In this document: positions 35,202 through 46,296 of the stretch, piece after piece
Numbering within the stretch: the first letter of the stretch is position 1
How the letters are laid out: each line of letters opens with the position of its first letter
Position numbers and translations under genes: made by a program
Assembly: GCA_014894455.1 (NCBI GenBank)
Contig: JADBLN010000012.1
Span: forward strand, 24,134-88,133
Direction: 5' to 3'
From: Acidobacteriota bacterium
GTDB taxonomy: Bacteria; Acidobacteriota; Aminicenantia; Aminicenantales; Saccharicenantaceae
DNA: 64,000 nucleotides
The notes under the pieces: generated by a model
The model's input: the letters and a program-made list of their open reading frames with translations, nothing else
The model's database searches: none
Told to the model about the DNA's origin: nothing

Positions 35202-38200
35202 GACTCCACTCCATCTTCCGGATCCGCGAACACGTCCGGGTCCTCGTCCAGAAAGTCCGGAGGGTCACGGTGTTCCTCCTCGTCCTGGGCGTCCTCTTCT
35301 CGAGCCTGGTCGTCGGCAAGAACGTCTTCCTGGGCGAGGTCCGCAAGGAGGTCAGTAAGACGTTCGCCTACGACAGCCTCAGGGCGTCCTATTTCCCGCC
35401 CGCCCTCGTCCTCGAGAACGTCCGCTCGCTTACCGGCCCGCCGACATTCCGGGCCCGCCGGGTCAGGGTCGAGGTCCCGTATCTCTCCCTGCTGCGGAAC
35501 CGGAAGGTCCTGTCCGTCACTCTCGATTCTCCCGAGCTCCGTCTCGCTCCGGTGGCCCCGGGCGCGCCGCGTCCGAAAGCAGGACGCCCGCGGTCCGCTT
35601 TCTCGTTTCCTTTCATTATTGAAAGGGGGCTCGTCGAGAACGGTTCGGTGTCCTTCGAAACAGGCGCGGCGACGGTCGAGGTCCGGGGGCTCCGGGCGCT
35701 CGTCACCCAGAGCGGCGAGGAGTTCTCGGTCCGGGCGACGGCTGCGCGGAGCGGCTATTCGTCCCCCGCCCAAAACCTCGACTTCGGCGGGGCCCTCACG
35801 GTCCTTCTCTCCGGCCGGGGCGAAGCGGTGAAGATCGACCGGCTGACGGTCGAAGGGCCCGACGTCGCCCTCCAGGCGGAAGGCAGCATCCGGAATTTCC
35901 TCGACCCTGAGGTCGAGCTGGACGCCCGTTTCGATATCGAGACCGCTTTTCTCGACGCGGCCCTCCGCCTGCCCTTTGAATGGAAGGGAAAGATCGGCGG
36001 GGAGGGGAAGCTCCGGCGCAGGAGCGGCGAGCTCGCCTTCGAGACGAGCATCGTCTCGGACGACCTGGTGCTTTGCGGCGTGCCCATGGGCCAGGTCCGG
36101 GGCCGCTTCGACCTCGCGCCGGCGACGGGCGGACGGATCGAGCTCGCCATCCAGAAAACCGGACTGCCCGCCGAAAGCCTGGATCTGACCTTCCTCAACG
36201 GCCGGGTCGAGGGCCGGGCCGCCCCTGTTTTCCTCGACCCGGTTTTCAGTGAGCTCAAAATCCCCTGGCCGGTCAGGTCTCCCGCCTGGGGGACTTTTGC
36301 CCTCGAGAACCGCAAGCTTGCTGTCGACGCCGAATTCCGCGATTCCTCGCTCGCCAGGGAAGGGGATCTGTTTTCCTTCCGGGGAGGCGCCAAGGTCGGC
36401 GTCGACTTCGCCACCCAAAACGTTTCCGTCCAGACTCCCGGCCTCGAATCGAACTTCGGCCGCCTCGAAGCGTCCGCCGCGATCGACCTCGCCGGCGACA
36501 TCGACGCGAGGATACGGGGGCAGGTCTTCGACGTCAAGCAGACGCGGGAATTCGTCTCCCTCGTCCTCAACGAGACGTTCGGCTTCGGCGAGATCCGCGG
36601 CGAGGGATACGCCGACGTCCGGCTCAGCGGGAGGTCCAATTCCCCGACCGTTTCCCTCAAGGCCACCTTGTCGCCCGGCGGCTTTGACCTGTTCGATGCC
36701 GCCTTTGTCGAGACGGACGCCGTCATCTCGGGGGCCGGGTTCGATGGAACGTTCGATATCGACGACCCCGAGCTCAAGGGTCAAGTCCGGGTCAGGACCG
36801 ACGGCGACACGCTCGAGGTAGACGTCAAGAACGGGGAGGGGGAGCTGGCCAAGATCCTGCCCGCCCTCGAGGTTCCCGTCTCCCTCTCCGGCCGGGCTTC
36901 GGGCGATTTCCGGATGGTCCAAAAGGCCGGCGGCCAGGAATTTTCGGGGAGCTTCACCAGTCCGGAGATCCGGGGCTACGGCGAGAAGGGCGGACGCGTC
37001 TCGGGCCGGCTCGAATGGAAGGACGGGATCCTCTCCTTCCCCGAGCTGGCCATGGATTTTTACGGCGGGCGTTTCGACGGCCGGCTGCTCGTCGGGACCG
37101 TCAACGGCGAGTTCGACTTCGACCTCCGCGGCGAGGAGCTCGATTTCCACCAGGTCGTCTCGGCGGCCTCCGGCCGGCTGTCCCTGTCCCTCGCCGGCCG
37201 CGGCGTCTTCGGCAAGGACAAGCTCGGCGGGCTTTTCAATATCAAGGACATGGTCCTCTCGCCCCTCGAGAAAACGGAGGCCCGGGGCGATCTCCAATTG
37301 GATGTCACCGGCGGGCGGGTCCTCCTCGGCCTCAAGGGAGGGTTGGTCCCGGGTGAAAACCCGTTCGAAGCCGCCTTCGATTTCCCTCTTTCCGGCGGGC
37401 TTTTCTCGGGGGTCGTCAAGGGTCGGATCGGCAACCTCGACCTCGTCTGGCCCTGGTACGGGGCCCAGGGGCACGCGGACTACACGGCCGACGTCAAGGA
37501 GACCGAAGGGCCGACCCGGGTGGCCGTGGCCCTCGATGTCGAGGCCCCGGTCATGCCCCTGCCCGGGTTCGCCTATGCCCTGATCGATTTCACCGCCTCC
37601 GCGAACTACCTCGACGACGTCCTGACCATCACCTCACTCGGCGGCAAGCTCGGCGGGGGCGACGTGCGCGGCTCGGGCGAGGTCGGGATCGGCGCGAGCG
37701 GCATCGCCACGATGGACCTGCGCCTCGAGGCCAAGGACATGGTCCTCTCGCCCATGGAACGGATGCGGACCCAGGCCGACGCGACGCTCCGCCTCCTGAA
37801 GGACAAGAAGCGCTTCGTCACCGAAGGGGAGATCCTGTTCAAGCGGCTGACTTGGCGTCGGGAGATCTACGAGGAGTTCGGATTCTCATCGGAGGCCGAG
37901 CCGGCGACGGATACGGGGCCTTCGTTTTTCGACGGCATGTCCCTGAACATCCGCCTCCGGGCCGACGAGAACATGATCATCGAGAATTCACTGGGCAAGT
38001 TCAATGGCCGGTTCAACCTGACCGCGACGGGCGCATTCGAATCGCCCGTCCTCCTCGGCGACATCGACATCCTCAGCGGCGATTTCTATTTCCAGGACCG
38101 GAGCTTCCGCGTCCTCCATGGGCGCCTGAGCTTCACCGACCCTGTGAACACGGAGCCGTACCTCGATTTCCGCGGCGAGACCTACGTCAAGGATTTCCGG

Positions 38201-38689
38201 GTAACGCTGAGCATGAACGGCCCGGTCAGCCGCCTCAAGCCGGAGTTCACGTCCTCTCCGCCGCTGCCGCCCGAGGAGATCCTGTCGCTCCTGGCCTTGG
38301 GCGAATCCTTCCGGCGCATGTACTATTCGTATTCAGGGGATCGCAGCACGGCCCTGAACACGGCCTCCCTCCTGACCTACCAGATCGCCGACCTGGCCAA
38401 GAAGGGGGCGGGCGGCCTCTTCTCCCTGGACCGCTTCCGGATCGACCCCTATATCCCGGAAAGTCCCTCGGGCGGCATCGCCGCCCGGATCACCGTGGGC
38501 AAGAAGGTGTCCAAGGACCTGCTGGTCCTCTATTCGACCATCCTGGCCAATTCGAGCGTCAGGGCCGCGATCGACGAGGTTCCCATCTTCCGCGTGGAGT
38601 GGGAGATCAGCCGGAGATTCTCGCTCGTGGGCGGGCGGGACGACCGGGGAAAGTTTGGTATCGATGTCAAGTTCCGCAAGCGCTTCTAG
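35198..38689 (+). CDS. tamB: Translocation and assembly module protein TamB-like (DUF490)
   Basis: GTG start in a GTGA overlap with tal. N-terminal TM anchor ([17 protein letters not shown]), a long beta-rich body, and a C-terminal DUF490-like region (...[17 protein letters not shown]...[12 protein letters not shown]). Confidence 0.8.
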   Translation: MRLHSIFRIREHVRVLVQKVRRVTVFLLVLGVLFSSLVVGKNVFLGEVRKEVSKTFAYDSLRASYFPPALVLENVRSLTGPPTFRARRVRVEVPYLSLLRNRKVLSVTLDSPELRLAPVAPGAPRPKAGRPRSAFSFPFIIERGLVENGSVSFETGAATVEVRGLRALVTQSGEEFSVRATAARSGYSSPAQNLDFGGALTVLLSGRGEAVKIDRLTVEGPDVALQAEGSIRNFLDPEVELDARFDIETAFLDAALRLPFEWKGKIGGEGKLRRRSGELAFETSIVSDDLVLCGVPMGQVRGRFDLAPATGGRIELAIQKTGLPAESLDLTFLNGRVEGRAAPVFLDPVFSELKIPWPVRSPAWGTFALENRKLAVDAEFRDSSLAREGDLFSFRGGAKVGVDFATQNVSVQTPGLESNFGRLEASAAIDLAGDIDARIRGQVFDVKQTREFVSLVLNETFGFGEIRGEGYADVRLSGRSNSPTVSLKATLSPGGFDLFDAAFVETDAVISGAGFDGTFDIDDPELKGQVRVRTDGDTLEVDVKNGEGELAKILPALEVPVSLSGRASGDFRMVQKAGGQEFSGSFTSPEIRGYGEKGGRVSGRLEWKDGILSFPELAMDFYGGRFDGRLLVGTVNGEFDFDLRGEELDFHQVVSAASGRLSLSLAGRGVFGKDKLGGLFNIKDMVLSPLEKTEARGDLQLDVTGGRVLLGLKGGLVPGENPFEAAFDFPLSGGLFSGVVKGRIGNLDLVWPWYGAQGHADYTADVKETEGPTRVAVALDVEAPVMPLPGFAYALIDFTASANYLDDVLTITSLGGKLGGGDVRGSGEVGIGASGIATMDLRLEAKDMVLSPMERMRTQADATLRLLKDKKRFVTEGEILFKRLTWRREIYEEFGFSSEAEPATDTGPSFFDGMSLNIRLRADENMIIENSLGKFNGRFNLTATGAFESPVLLGDIDILSGDFYFQDRSFRVLHGRLSFTDPVNTEPYLDFRGETYVKDFRVTLSMNGPVSRLKPEFTSSPPLPPEEILSLLALGESFRRMYYSYSGDRSTALNTASLLTYQIADLAKKGAGGLFSLDRFRIDPYIPESPSGGIAARITVGKKVSKDLLVLYSTILANSSVRAAIDEVPIFRVEWEISRRFSLVGGRDDRGKFGIDVKFRKRF

Positions 38690-41480
38690 ACCCCGGCGCC
38701 GGGCCGGACGGACGGGGGCCGTCATGGTCCTCGCCATCGTCCTGGCCTCGGCTGGCGCGGGAGCCCTCGCGGCCCAGGTACCCGCGGTCGTCGACAGCAT
38801 CGTCGTCCGCGTCGACGGGCACCCGGGGGAAGCGGGACTCCTCGACCTCATCCCCCTCCGGCCGGGCGACGCCTTCTCGCCGCGGCTCATCGACCAGGCC
38901 GTCAAGCAGATCTTCAGCACCGGCCTCTTCGCCGACGTCCGGGTCACGAAGGAGGGGGAGGGGCGGATCGGTCTTTTCTTCGACCTCGTCCGGAAGGTGT
39001 TCATTGACAACGTCCGATTCCGGGGCCCCAAGGTCTCCGCGACGCGCCTGAGGGATGGCCTGACGTCCCAGCGGCCCGGGGCCTATCTCCAGGAAGACCG
39101 GCTCCCGGAGGCGGTCGAGGAAGTGCGGGAGGGGCTGAAGCAGGTGGGGTATTTCGACGCCGTCGTCGTGAGCGAGGTCCGGAGGAAGGAAGGCGCTTCC
39201 ACGGCCGACCTCGTCTTCCGGGCCATCGACTGGAAAACGTTCCGGATCGGCGGGCTCGAGGTCGAATGGAAAGCCGAGATCCCCGAGCGCGCGCTCCTCA
39301 GGAAGATGAAGAGCAAGGTCGGCGACGTCTATGTGCCCAACCGCCTGGCCGCCGATCTCCAGGCCCTGTCGCAGGGTCTGGGCCGGGCCGGCTACAGGCG
39401 GGCGGAGGTCCGCCTGGCCGGCGAGAGCTTCGACGACGAAAAGCGCCGGGTCGACCTTCGGATCGAGATCCTGCCCCAGGATAAGATCTCTATCGTCGTC
39501 AACGGGGCCAAGGTCCCCATCCGGCTCCTCGAGCCGATCTGGGAAGAACGCGTGTTCGAGCAGTGGGGCCTCTCCGAAGGCGAGGCACGGGTCCTCAACC
39601 ACCTCCGCCGGCAGGGCTACCTGTTCGCGACGGTCCAGAGCCGACTCGAGAAGGGCCGGGACGAGGTCCGCATCATCCACGATGTCACACGCGGCGAGAA
39701 GTCCAAGATCGGGGGAGTCGACTTCCGCGGCAACGCCGCCTTCTCGAGCCTGGACCTGAAGAACCGGCTGGCCGTGCGCGAGGGCATTCCCCTGTTTTCT
39801 TTCCTCCACTATGACAGGCTGTTCACCATCCCCCGCGAAGTCGAGAGCTTCTATAAGGAGAACGGTTTCGCCGACGTCGAGGTCCGGCTCGAATGGGTCA
39901 AGGACGCTGCAGGCGTGAGGGCGGTCTTCGACATCCGGGAAGGTCCGAAGACCACGGTCGAAGCCATCCGGATCGAAGGCGCGGCCCTTATCCCCGGGGA
40001 AATCCTCGCGCTGGGCCTCGTCAGCCGGGAGGGCGGGCCCTTTTTCGCGCCCAACGTCCAAAGGGACGTCAGCCAGATCGAAGCGCTCTACCTCAATCGC
40101 GGGTTCCGCGGCAGCGAGGTCATAGCCCGTGTCGAGCGTCCATCGGATAACCGGGTCTCCCTCGTTTATGAGATCACGGAGGGGACCCCGGTCACGATCA
40201 GGGACATCTTCGTCACCGGGAACCGGACGACCCGTGGCCGGGTCATCCGCCGGGAACTCCGCGTCAAGCAAGGCGGCCCAGCCGACTTCTCGCTGGTCCA
40301 GGAGACCAAGCGGGGGCTGGAGAACCTGGGTATCTTTTCCGAGGTCCGCGTCGATGAGATCCAGACCGGGCCCCGCGACGAGGTCGTCATCGTGACCGTC
40401 CGCGAAGGCGAGAAGAACTACACTGGGCTCGGCCTCGGGTTCGAATCCGAGGAACCCCTCAGCGGGTCGCTGGCCAACTGGCCCGGCGACCTCCTGCCAC
40501 GCGGCACGGCCGAATATATCCGCAATAACGTCTTCGGCCTGGGCGCCCAGGTGGGCGTCCTCGGCCAGCTCGCCATGTCGAAGGAAGGCGTGAGGGAACT
40601 GCGGATGGTAGCGTCCTGGAACCAGCCCCACCTCCTGGGCCTGTCCATACCGACGACCATCCTTGCCTGGGCCGAACGGGAGGCCCGGGACTGGGGCCCG
40701 CAGGGGACGGACCTCGCTAGCGCTCTCTACCGCCGCGGCGTCAGTTTCAGCGCGGTCAAGGCCCTGAGCCGGTCGCGCCTCCTCCTCGGCTCGCTGAGCG
40801 TAACGCGGACCTCCCTCAAGGACGTCGATCTTAATAACCTCCCGGAGGACATCGACCGTCGTTTCCTCCCGTATTCGGCGGCCCTTGCTTTGTTGAGCAT
40901 GAGCTGGGAGAGGCGGGACGATACCCTGAACCCCACCCGGGGATACTTCCTCAGTGCGGTCGGGGAGATCGGCGTGCCCATCTTCGGCACGGAATCGGAC
41001 TACCAGAAGCTCTTCCTCAAGGGCCAGCTCCTCCGGCCGCTCACGTCCGGGCTGAACCTCGGCCTGACGGCCCGGCTCGGGCTCGGCAACGGGCTGCGCC
41101 ACCTGCCGGAGCGGTTCTTCGCCGGCGGCAGCAACACGTTCCGGGGGGAGGAGTTCGAGTCGCTCGGGCCCCTCGATTCGACGACGCTCAAACCCTACGG
41201 GGGCGAGGCCGTCTTTCTGGTCAACTCGGAGCTCGTCTTCGCCGTCGTTCCCTCGTGGAAGGAGCTCCGGCTGGCCGCCTTTCTCGACCTCGGAAACGTC
41301 TACGGCAGCCTGAAGGAATTCCGGCCTTTCGAGCTCCAGGGCGCCGCGGGGGCGGGCATCCGCTACCGGACGCCGCTCGGACCTGTGCGCGTGGAGATCG
41401 CCTGGAAACTCTGGGGCATCGACGCTCAGGACAAGAAGGGGAAACCCCTCATCTTCCTGACGATCGGCAACATCTTCTAA
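38655..41480 (+). CDS. bamA: Outer membrane protein assembly factor BamA (Omp85; POTRA repeats plus beta-barrel)
   Basis: Five POTRA-like repeats (e.g. IVVRVDGH..., IDNVRFRGP, IGGLEVEW, IGGVDFRGN, IRDIFVTGN), and a C-terminal barrel ending ...LIFLTIGNIF. The start is uncertain (38655, 38664 or 38724). Confidence 0.88.
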   Translation: MVSMSSSASASRPRRRAGRTGAVMVLAIVLASAGAGALAAQVPAVVDSIVVRVDGHPGEAGLLDLIPLRPGDAFSPRLIDQAVKQIFSTGLFADVRVTKEGEGRIGLFFDLVRKVFIDNVRFRGPKVSATRLRDGLTSQRPGAYLQEDRLPEAVEEVREGLKQVGYFDAVVVSEVRRKEGASTADLVFRAIDWKTFRIGGLEVEWKAEIPERALLRKMKSKVGDVYVPNRLAADLQALSQGLGRAGYRRAEVRLAGESFDDEKRRVDLRIEILPQDKISIVVNGAKVPIRLLEPIWEERVFEQWGLSEGEARVLNHLRRQGYLFATVQSRLEKGRDEVRIIHDVTRGEKSKIGGVDFRGNAAFSSLDLKNRLAVREGIPLFSFLHYDRLFTIPREVESFYKENGFADVEVRLEWVKDAAGVRAVFDIREGPKTTVEAIRIEGAALIPGEILALGLVSREGGPFFAPNVQRDVSQIEALYLNRGFRGSEVIARVERPSDNRVSLVYEITEGTPVTIRDIFVTGNRTTRGRVIRRELRVKQGGPADFSLVQETKRGLENLGIFSEVRVDEIQTGPRDEVVIVTVREGEKNYTGLGLGFESEEPLSGSLANWPGDLLPRGTAEYIRNNVFGLGAQVGVLGQLAMSKEGVRELRMVASWNQPHLLGLSIPTTILAWAEREARDWGPQGTDLASALYRRGVSFSAVKALSRSRLLLGSLSVTRTSLKDVDLNNLPEDIDRRFLPYSAALALLSMSWERRDDTLNPTRGYFLSAVGEIGVPIFGTESDYQKLFLKGQLLRPLTSGLNLGLTARLGLGNGLRHLPERFFAGGSNTFRGEEFESLGPLDSTTLKPYGGEAVFLVNSELVFAVVPSWKELRLAAFLDLGNVYGSLKEFRPFELQGAAGAGIRYRTPLGPVRVEIAWKLWGIDAQDKKGKPLIFLTIGNIF

Positions 41481-41493
41481 GGCGGGTGCGACG

Positions 41494-42123
41494 ATGATGA
41501 AAAGGATCGTGCTCCTGACGCTCCTGGCGGCGGCCGCCGGCCTGGCCCAGACCGTCAACTGCCTGGTCGCGGTCGTCAACGGCGAGATCATCACCCTCCT
41601 CGACGTCGAGGTCGCGGCCGAGTTCGGCCTGGGTCGCGAAGCCTCCGTCGAGACGGGGCGGGACCCGCGTCTCGCGGCCCTTGACGCGCTCATCGACAGG
41701 AAGGTCGTCCTGGACCTGGCCCAGGAGGCCCGGGGGATCGACCCGGGGGAGCTCGCCGCAGCGCTCGCCGACTTGCGCCGCGGGTTCGGCGAAGACGCCT
41801 TCGCCGCGAAACTCGTCAAGTTCGGTCTCGCCGAGAAGGACCTCGAGCCCTATCTCCGGGACGGGCTCCTCTACGACAGGGCCCTGGCCCTGAGGTTCAG
41901 CGCCACGATCCCCGTGTCGCTCACGGAGGTCGAGAGGCATTACCGGGATATCTACGTCCCGGAGCAGACCCGCCTCGGCAAGGCGGCCGAACCGCTCGAA
42001 CGGGTCGCCGAGCGGATCGAATCGCTGCTGCGGGAGGAGAGGCGGACGAAGCAGACGGCCGACTGGGTTAGAGACCTGAGAAAGCGGGCTAATATCCAGC
42101 TCAAGAAAGACTGCCTGAAATGA
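41494..42123 (+). CDS. Periplasmic chaperone-like protein with a SurA N-terminal-type domain (no PPIase domain)
   Basis: Signal peptide MMKRIVLLTLLAAAAGLAQ, and a VAVVNGEIITLLDV start typical of SurA_N. Confidence 0.6.
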   Translation: MMKRIVLLTLLAAAAGLAQTVNCLVAVVNGEIITLLDVEVAAEFGLGREASVETGRDPRLAALDALIDRKVVLDLAQEARGIDPGELAAALADLRRGFGEDAFAAKLVKFGLAEKDLEPYLRDGLLYDRALALRFSATIPVSLTEVERHYRDIYVPEQTRLGKAAEPLERVAERIESLLREERRTKQTADWVRDLRKRANIQLKKDCLK

Positions 42124-43049
42124 ACATCGCCTATCTTTTTCCGGGGCAGGGGTCCCAGGCCGTGGGCATGGGCAAGGACCTCTACGACAAGTCGCCCGAG
42201 GCCCGTGAGCTTTTTGAAACGGCCGACGAGGTTCTCGGCTTTCCCATTTCCAAGATATGTTTCGAGGGGCCCGAGGAGGAGCTCCGGCTGACCCGGAACA
42301 CCCAGCCGGCCCTGCTCGTCGTCAGCACGGCCGCCTGCCGTCTGCTCGGCCGCGACCCCGCCGTGACCGCCGGCCACAGCCTGGGGGAATACTCGGCCCT
42401 CGTCGCCGCCGGCTGCCTTCGCTTCGAGGACGCCGTCCTTCTCGTCCACAAGAGAGGCCGCTACATGCAGGAAGCCGTCCCCGTCGGGATCGGGGGGATG
42501 GCCGCGGTCCTCGGCGTTCCCGGCGACGTGGTCGAGGGACATCTCGCCGCCGTGCGCTCGGGCGTCGTCGAGATCGCCAACTGGAACAGCGACGACCAGA
42601 TCGTCATCTCCGGCGAGAAGGCCGCTGTCGAGGAGGCCCTGGCCGCGATCAAGGCGCCGCGGTCGGTCATGCTGCCGGTCAGCGCGCCTTTCCACTCCCG
42701 GCTGATGAAGCCGGCCGAGGAGAGGCTCGCCGCCGATCTCGACGCGATCCCGTTCGCGGAGCCGCGCTTCCCGGTCATCACCAACGTCGACGCCCGGCTC
42801 ATCCGGACGGCGGAGGAGGCCCGGGACGCCCTCAAGCGGCAGGTCAGCCGTGCCGTCCTCTGGACGAAGTCCATGGGCCTTTTAAAAGAGATGGACATCG
42901 AAGCGTGCGTCGAGTGCGGCCCGGGGAAAGTCCTGGCCGGCCTGTTCAAGCGCATCGGCCGGGGCTGGCTCAAGGCGCCGGCTTTCCACAACGTGGAGAA
43001 CTGGGAAGGGCTGGAGAAAGCGAGGGCGGCCCTATTCGGCCTGCTGTGA
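42120..43049 (+). CDS. fabD: Malonyl-CoA:ACP transacylase
   Basis: YLFPGQGSQAVGMG, GHSLGEYSAL and VSAPFHS. ATGA overlap with the upstream gene. Confidence 0.92.
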   Translation: MNIAYLFPGQGSQAVGMGKDLYDKSPEARELFETADEVLGFPISKICFEGPEEELRLTRNTQPALLVVSTAACRLLGRDPAVTAGHSLGEYSALVAAGCLRFEDAVLLVHKRGRYMQEAVPVGIGGMAAVLGVPGDVVEGHLAAVRSGVVEIANWNSDDQIVISGEKAAVEEALAAIKAPRSVMLPVSAPFHSRLMKPAEERLAADLDAIPFAEPRFPVITNVDARLIRTAEEARDALKRQVSRAVLWTKSMGLLKEMDIEACVECGPGKVLAGLFKRIGRGWLKAPAFHNVENWEGLEKARAALFGLL

Positions 43050-43577
43050 GATAACCCGCGGGCCGAAGCGGACGAAATACTCGACGGCCGAGACGACAGC
43101 CAGGGCGAAAACCAACCAGAGCCCGACCTTGGCCGCGATGTAGAATTTCCCCAGATAGATCGGGCCCAGGACGAGGGCGCCGATGACCCAGGATTCACTG
43201 CCCATCTTGGCCTTTCCGAAGGCCGAGGCGGGGATGTTGACCCCCTTGGACGAGGCCATGGCCCGGAAGCCGCTGACGGCGATCTCCCGCCCGATGATGA
43301 CGACGGCCGCCCAGGCCGGGACCCGGCCGAGCCCGACGAGGCAGATGAGGGCCGAGGCGATGAGGAGTTTGTCGGCCGTCGGATCGAGGAGCTGGCCGAG
43401 GACGGTGACGAGTTCCTTCCGGCGGGCCAGCCAGCCGTCGAGCCAGTCCGTCAGGGATGCGAAGGTGAAGATGATCACGGCGACGAGGTCGTGGCCCTTG
43501 AAATTCGTCAGCATCACGGCCACGAGGGCCGGGATGGCGAGAATCCTGGCCAGGCTGAGGTAATTGGGGATGTTCAC
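43032..43577 (-). CDS. pgsA: CDP-diacylglycerol--glycerol-3-phosphate 3-phosphatidyltransferase
   Basis: NIPNYLSLARI..., and DWLDGWLARRKELVTVLGQLLDPTADK (the CDP-alcohol phosphotransferase motif). Its 3' end overlaps fabD by 18 nt (convergent). Confidence 0.88.
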   Translation of the reverse strand: MNIPNYLSLARILAIPALVAVMLTNFKGHDLVAVIIFTFASLTDWLDGWLARRKELVTVLGQLLDPTADKLLIASALICLVGLGRVPAWAAVVIIGREIAVSGFRAMASSKGVNIPASAFGKAKMGSESWVIGALVLGPIYLGKFYIAAKVGLWLVFALAVVSAVEYFVRFGPRVISQQAE

Positions 43578-43656
43578 GCCCCGAGATTACACCAGCTCCC
43601 CGGGATGTGTCAATCTTGCAAAGTTGCGGATCCCTCGCTATAGTGTGATTTCGCCC

Positions 43657-46296
43657 ATGGCCAACGAAAGCTCCCTGACTCCGATGATGGAGCAGTATTT
43701 CCGGATCAAGGAGCTCCACCGCGACGCCCTCCTCTTCTTCCGCCTCGGCGACTTCTACGAGATGTTCTACGACGACGCCAAGCTCGCCGCGCCCATCCTC
43801 GACATCGCCCTGACCTCGCGGCAGAAGGTGCCGATGTGCGGCGTCCCGTACCACGCCGTCGGCTCCTATCTCCCGAAACTCCTGCGCCAGGGCCACAAGG
43901 TCGCCATCTGCGAGCAGGTCGAGGACCCCAAGGCGGCCAAGGGCGTCGTCAGGCGCGAGGTCATCAAGGTCTTAACGCCCGGAACCGCCGTCGAGTTCGA
44001 GACGGAGGACGCCAAGGAGGGCACGTTCATCATCTCCCTGGCCCTTGAAGAGGATGGGTGGGGGATGGCTCTCCTCGACCTCGCCGCCGGCGAGGTCCGC
44101 ACGCTCGAGGGGGCCTGGCCCGAAGCCAAGCTCCTGGCCGATGAGATCTTCAAGTCGGCCCCCAAGGAGATCCTCTATCCCGAGGGGACCGAGGAGGCCC
44201 TGCGGCGGGTCCTGTCGCCGAGCGGCCTGGACGGCGCCGCCCTGAGCCCGGCAGAAGGCTGGCTTTTCGACCCGCCTCAGGCGGCCCGCGTCGTCCTCGA
44301 GCACTTCGGCGCGCGCTCCCTCGCCGGGTTCGGCCTCGAGGACAAGCGTTTCGCGGTCGCCGCGGCCGGGGCCCTCATCGCCTACGTCAAGAAGGTCCGC
44401 CAGGACTCCCTGTCCCTCGTCCACCGGATCTCCTACCTCCACAGGGAAAGCCACCTCGTCCTCGACGCGACGACGGTCCGCAACTTGGAGCTCGTCCGCA
44501 ATCTGCGCGAGGGCAAGGTCAAGGACACGCTCCTGGATGTCATCGACTTCACCGTGACGGCCCCGGGCGGTCGCCTCCTCCGCTCTTGGCTCCTGCGGCC
44601 CCTCTTCGATACGAAGGAGATCGCGGCGAGGCAGGACGGCGTCGCCGAGGCCCTCGGAGCGACCATCGGCCGCCGCGAGCTGCGCGAGGTCCTGAAAGGA
44701 GTTCTCGACCTGGAGCGGCTGGCCGGGAAGATCGCCCTCGCCGCGGCCCATCCGCGGGACCTCGTCGCGCTCAAAAAATCCCTGCTTCCCTTGCCTCAGG
44801 TCCAGCGCGAGCTCGGCGCCTTTTCGGCCGAGATCTTCGGGACGATGTCCGGACGCTGGGACAACGCCGAGGACGTCGCGGGCCTCATCGGGAAGGCCAT
44901 CCTCGACGAGCCGGCCTTCCTCCTGACCGAAGGCGGCATCGTCAAGGACGGCTGGAACGCCGAGCTCGACGACCTGCGCTCGATCAGCCGATCCGGGAAG
45001 TTCTTCATCGCCCAGCTCGAGAAACGCGAGCGGGAACGGACGGGCATCGGCTCCCTCAAGGTCCGCTACAACAAGGTCTTCGGCTACTACATCGAGGTGA
45101 CGAAACCCAACCTGCCCCAGGTCCCGGCCGACTACATGCGGAAGCAGACGCTCGTCAACTCCGAGCGCTTTCTGACGCCCGAGCTCAAGGAGTACGAAGA
45201 GAAGGTTCTCCATGCCGAAGAGCGGATCGGGGTCCTCGAGCACCGCCTCTTCCTCGAGGTCCGCGTGGACGTGGCCCGGGAAACCCGCCGCCTGCAAAAG
45301 ATCGCGGCCGACATCGCCGCGCTCGACGTCCTCCTGGCCCTGGCCGAGTGCGCGGCCCGGCGGAACTACGTCCGTCCCACGGTCGACGAGGGGGACGCGC
45401 TCCGCATCGAGGCCGGACGCCACCCCGTCATCGAGACGAGCCAGGCGGAGCCCTTCATCCCCAACGACCTCGAGCTCGACGCGGCCTCGAATCAGATCCT
45501 GATCATCACCGGTCCGAACATGGGCGGCAAGTCGACCTTTCTGAGGCAGGCGGCGCTCATTGCCATCCTCGGCCAGATGGGCTCGTTCGTCCCGGCAAAA
45601 TCCGCGGTGCTCGGACTCGTCGACCGCATCTTCACCCGGATCGGGGCCATGGATTTCCTCAGCGTCGGGCAGTCGACGTTCATGGTCGAGATGCTCGAAA
45701 CGGCGAGCATCCTCCACAACGCCACGTCGCGCAGCCTCATCCTCCTCGACGAGGTCGGCCGGGGCACGAGCACGTTCGACGGCCTGAGCATCGCCTGGGC
45801 CGTGGCCGAGCGCCTCCACGAGCGCGAGGGTCTCCGGCCGAAGACGCTCTTCGCCACCCACTACCACGAGCTGACCGAGCTCGCTCTGACCCTGCCGAGG
45901 ATCAAGAACTACCACGTTTCCGTCAGGGAATGGAAGGACGAGGTCGTCTTCCTGCGCAAGATCGTCCCCGGGCCTTCCGACCAGAGCTACGGCATCCACG
46001 TCGCCAAGCTGGCCGGCATCCCGAAGGACGTCATCGAGCGGGCCCGGGAGATCCTCTTCAATCTGGAGAAGCAGGAGCTCGACGAAGCCGGCCTGCCCCG
46101 GCTGGCTTACCGCGGCCGGGCGGCGAAGGACCGCAGCCAGCTCTTCCTTTTCGCCGAGGACCGGGAGTTCGCCCTTCTCCGCGAACTCAAGGAAGAAATC
46201 GAAGGCCTCGACCTCTCTTCGCTAACCCCCCTCGACGCCCTGAACCGTCTCGCCAAACTCAAGGGCCGGCTCGAGCCCGGCCCGTCCGGTCAATAA
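43657..46296 (+). CDS. mutS: DNA mismatch repair protein MutS
   Basis: TPMMEQYFRIKELHRDALLFFRLGDFYEMFYDDA, Walker A ITGPNMGGKSTFLRQ, DEVGRGTSTFDG and FATHYHELT. Confidence 0.95.
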   Translation: MANESSLTPMMEQYFRIKELHRDALLFFRLGDFYEMFYDDAKLAAPILDIALTSRQKVPMCGVPYHAVGSYLPKLLRQGHKVAICEQVEDPKAAKGVVRREVIKVLTPGTAVEFETEDAKEGTFIISLALEEDGWGMALLDLAAGEVRTLEGAWPEAKLLADEIFKSAPKEILYPEGTEEALRRVLSPSGLDGAALSPAEGWLFDPPQAARVVLEHFGARSLAGFGLEDKRFAVAAAGALIAYVKKVRQDSLSLVHRISYLHRESHLVLDATTVRNLELVRNLREGKVKDTLLDVIDFTVTAPGGRLLRSWLLRPLFDTKEIAARQDGVAEALGATIGRRELREVLKGVLDLERLAGKIALAAAHPRDLVALKKSLLPLPQVQRELGAFSAEIFGTMSGRWDNAEDVAGLIGKAILDEPAFLLTEGGIVKDGWNAELDDLRSISRSGKFFIAQLEKRERERTGIGSLKVRYNKVFGYYIEVTKPNLPQVPADYMRKQTLVNSERFLTPELKEYEEKVLHAEERIGVLEHRLFLEVRVDVARETRRLQKIAADIAALDVLLALAECAARRNYVRPTVDEGDALRIEAGRHPVIETSQAEPFIPNDLELDAASNQILIITGPNMGGKSTFLRQAALIAILGQMGSFVPAKSAVLGLVDRIFTRIGAMDFLSVGQSTFMVEMLETASILHNATSRSLILLDEVGRGTSTFDGLSIAWAVAERLHEREGLRPKTLFATHYHELTELALTLPRIKNYHVSVREWKDEVVFLRKIVPGPSDQSYGIHVAKLAGIPKDVIERAREILFNLEKQELDEAGLPRLAYRGRAAKDRSQLFLFAEDREFALLRELKEEIEGLDLSSLTPLDALNRLAKLKGRLEPGPSGQ

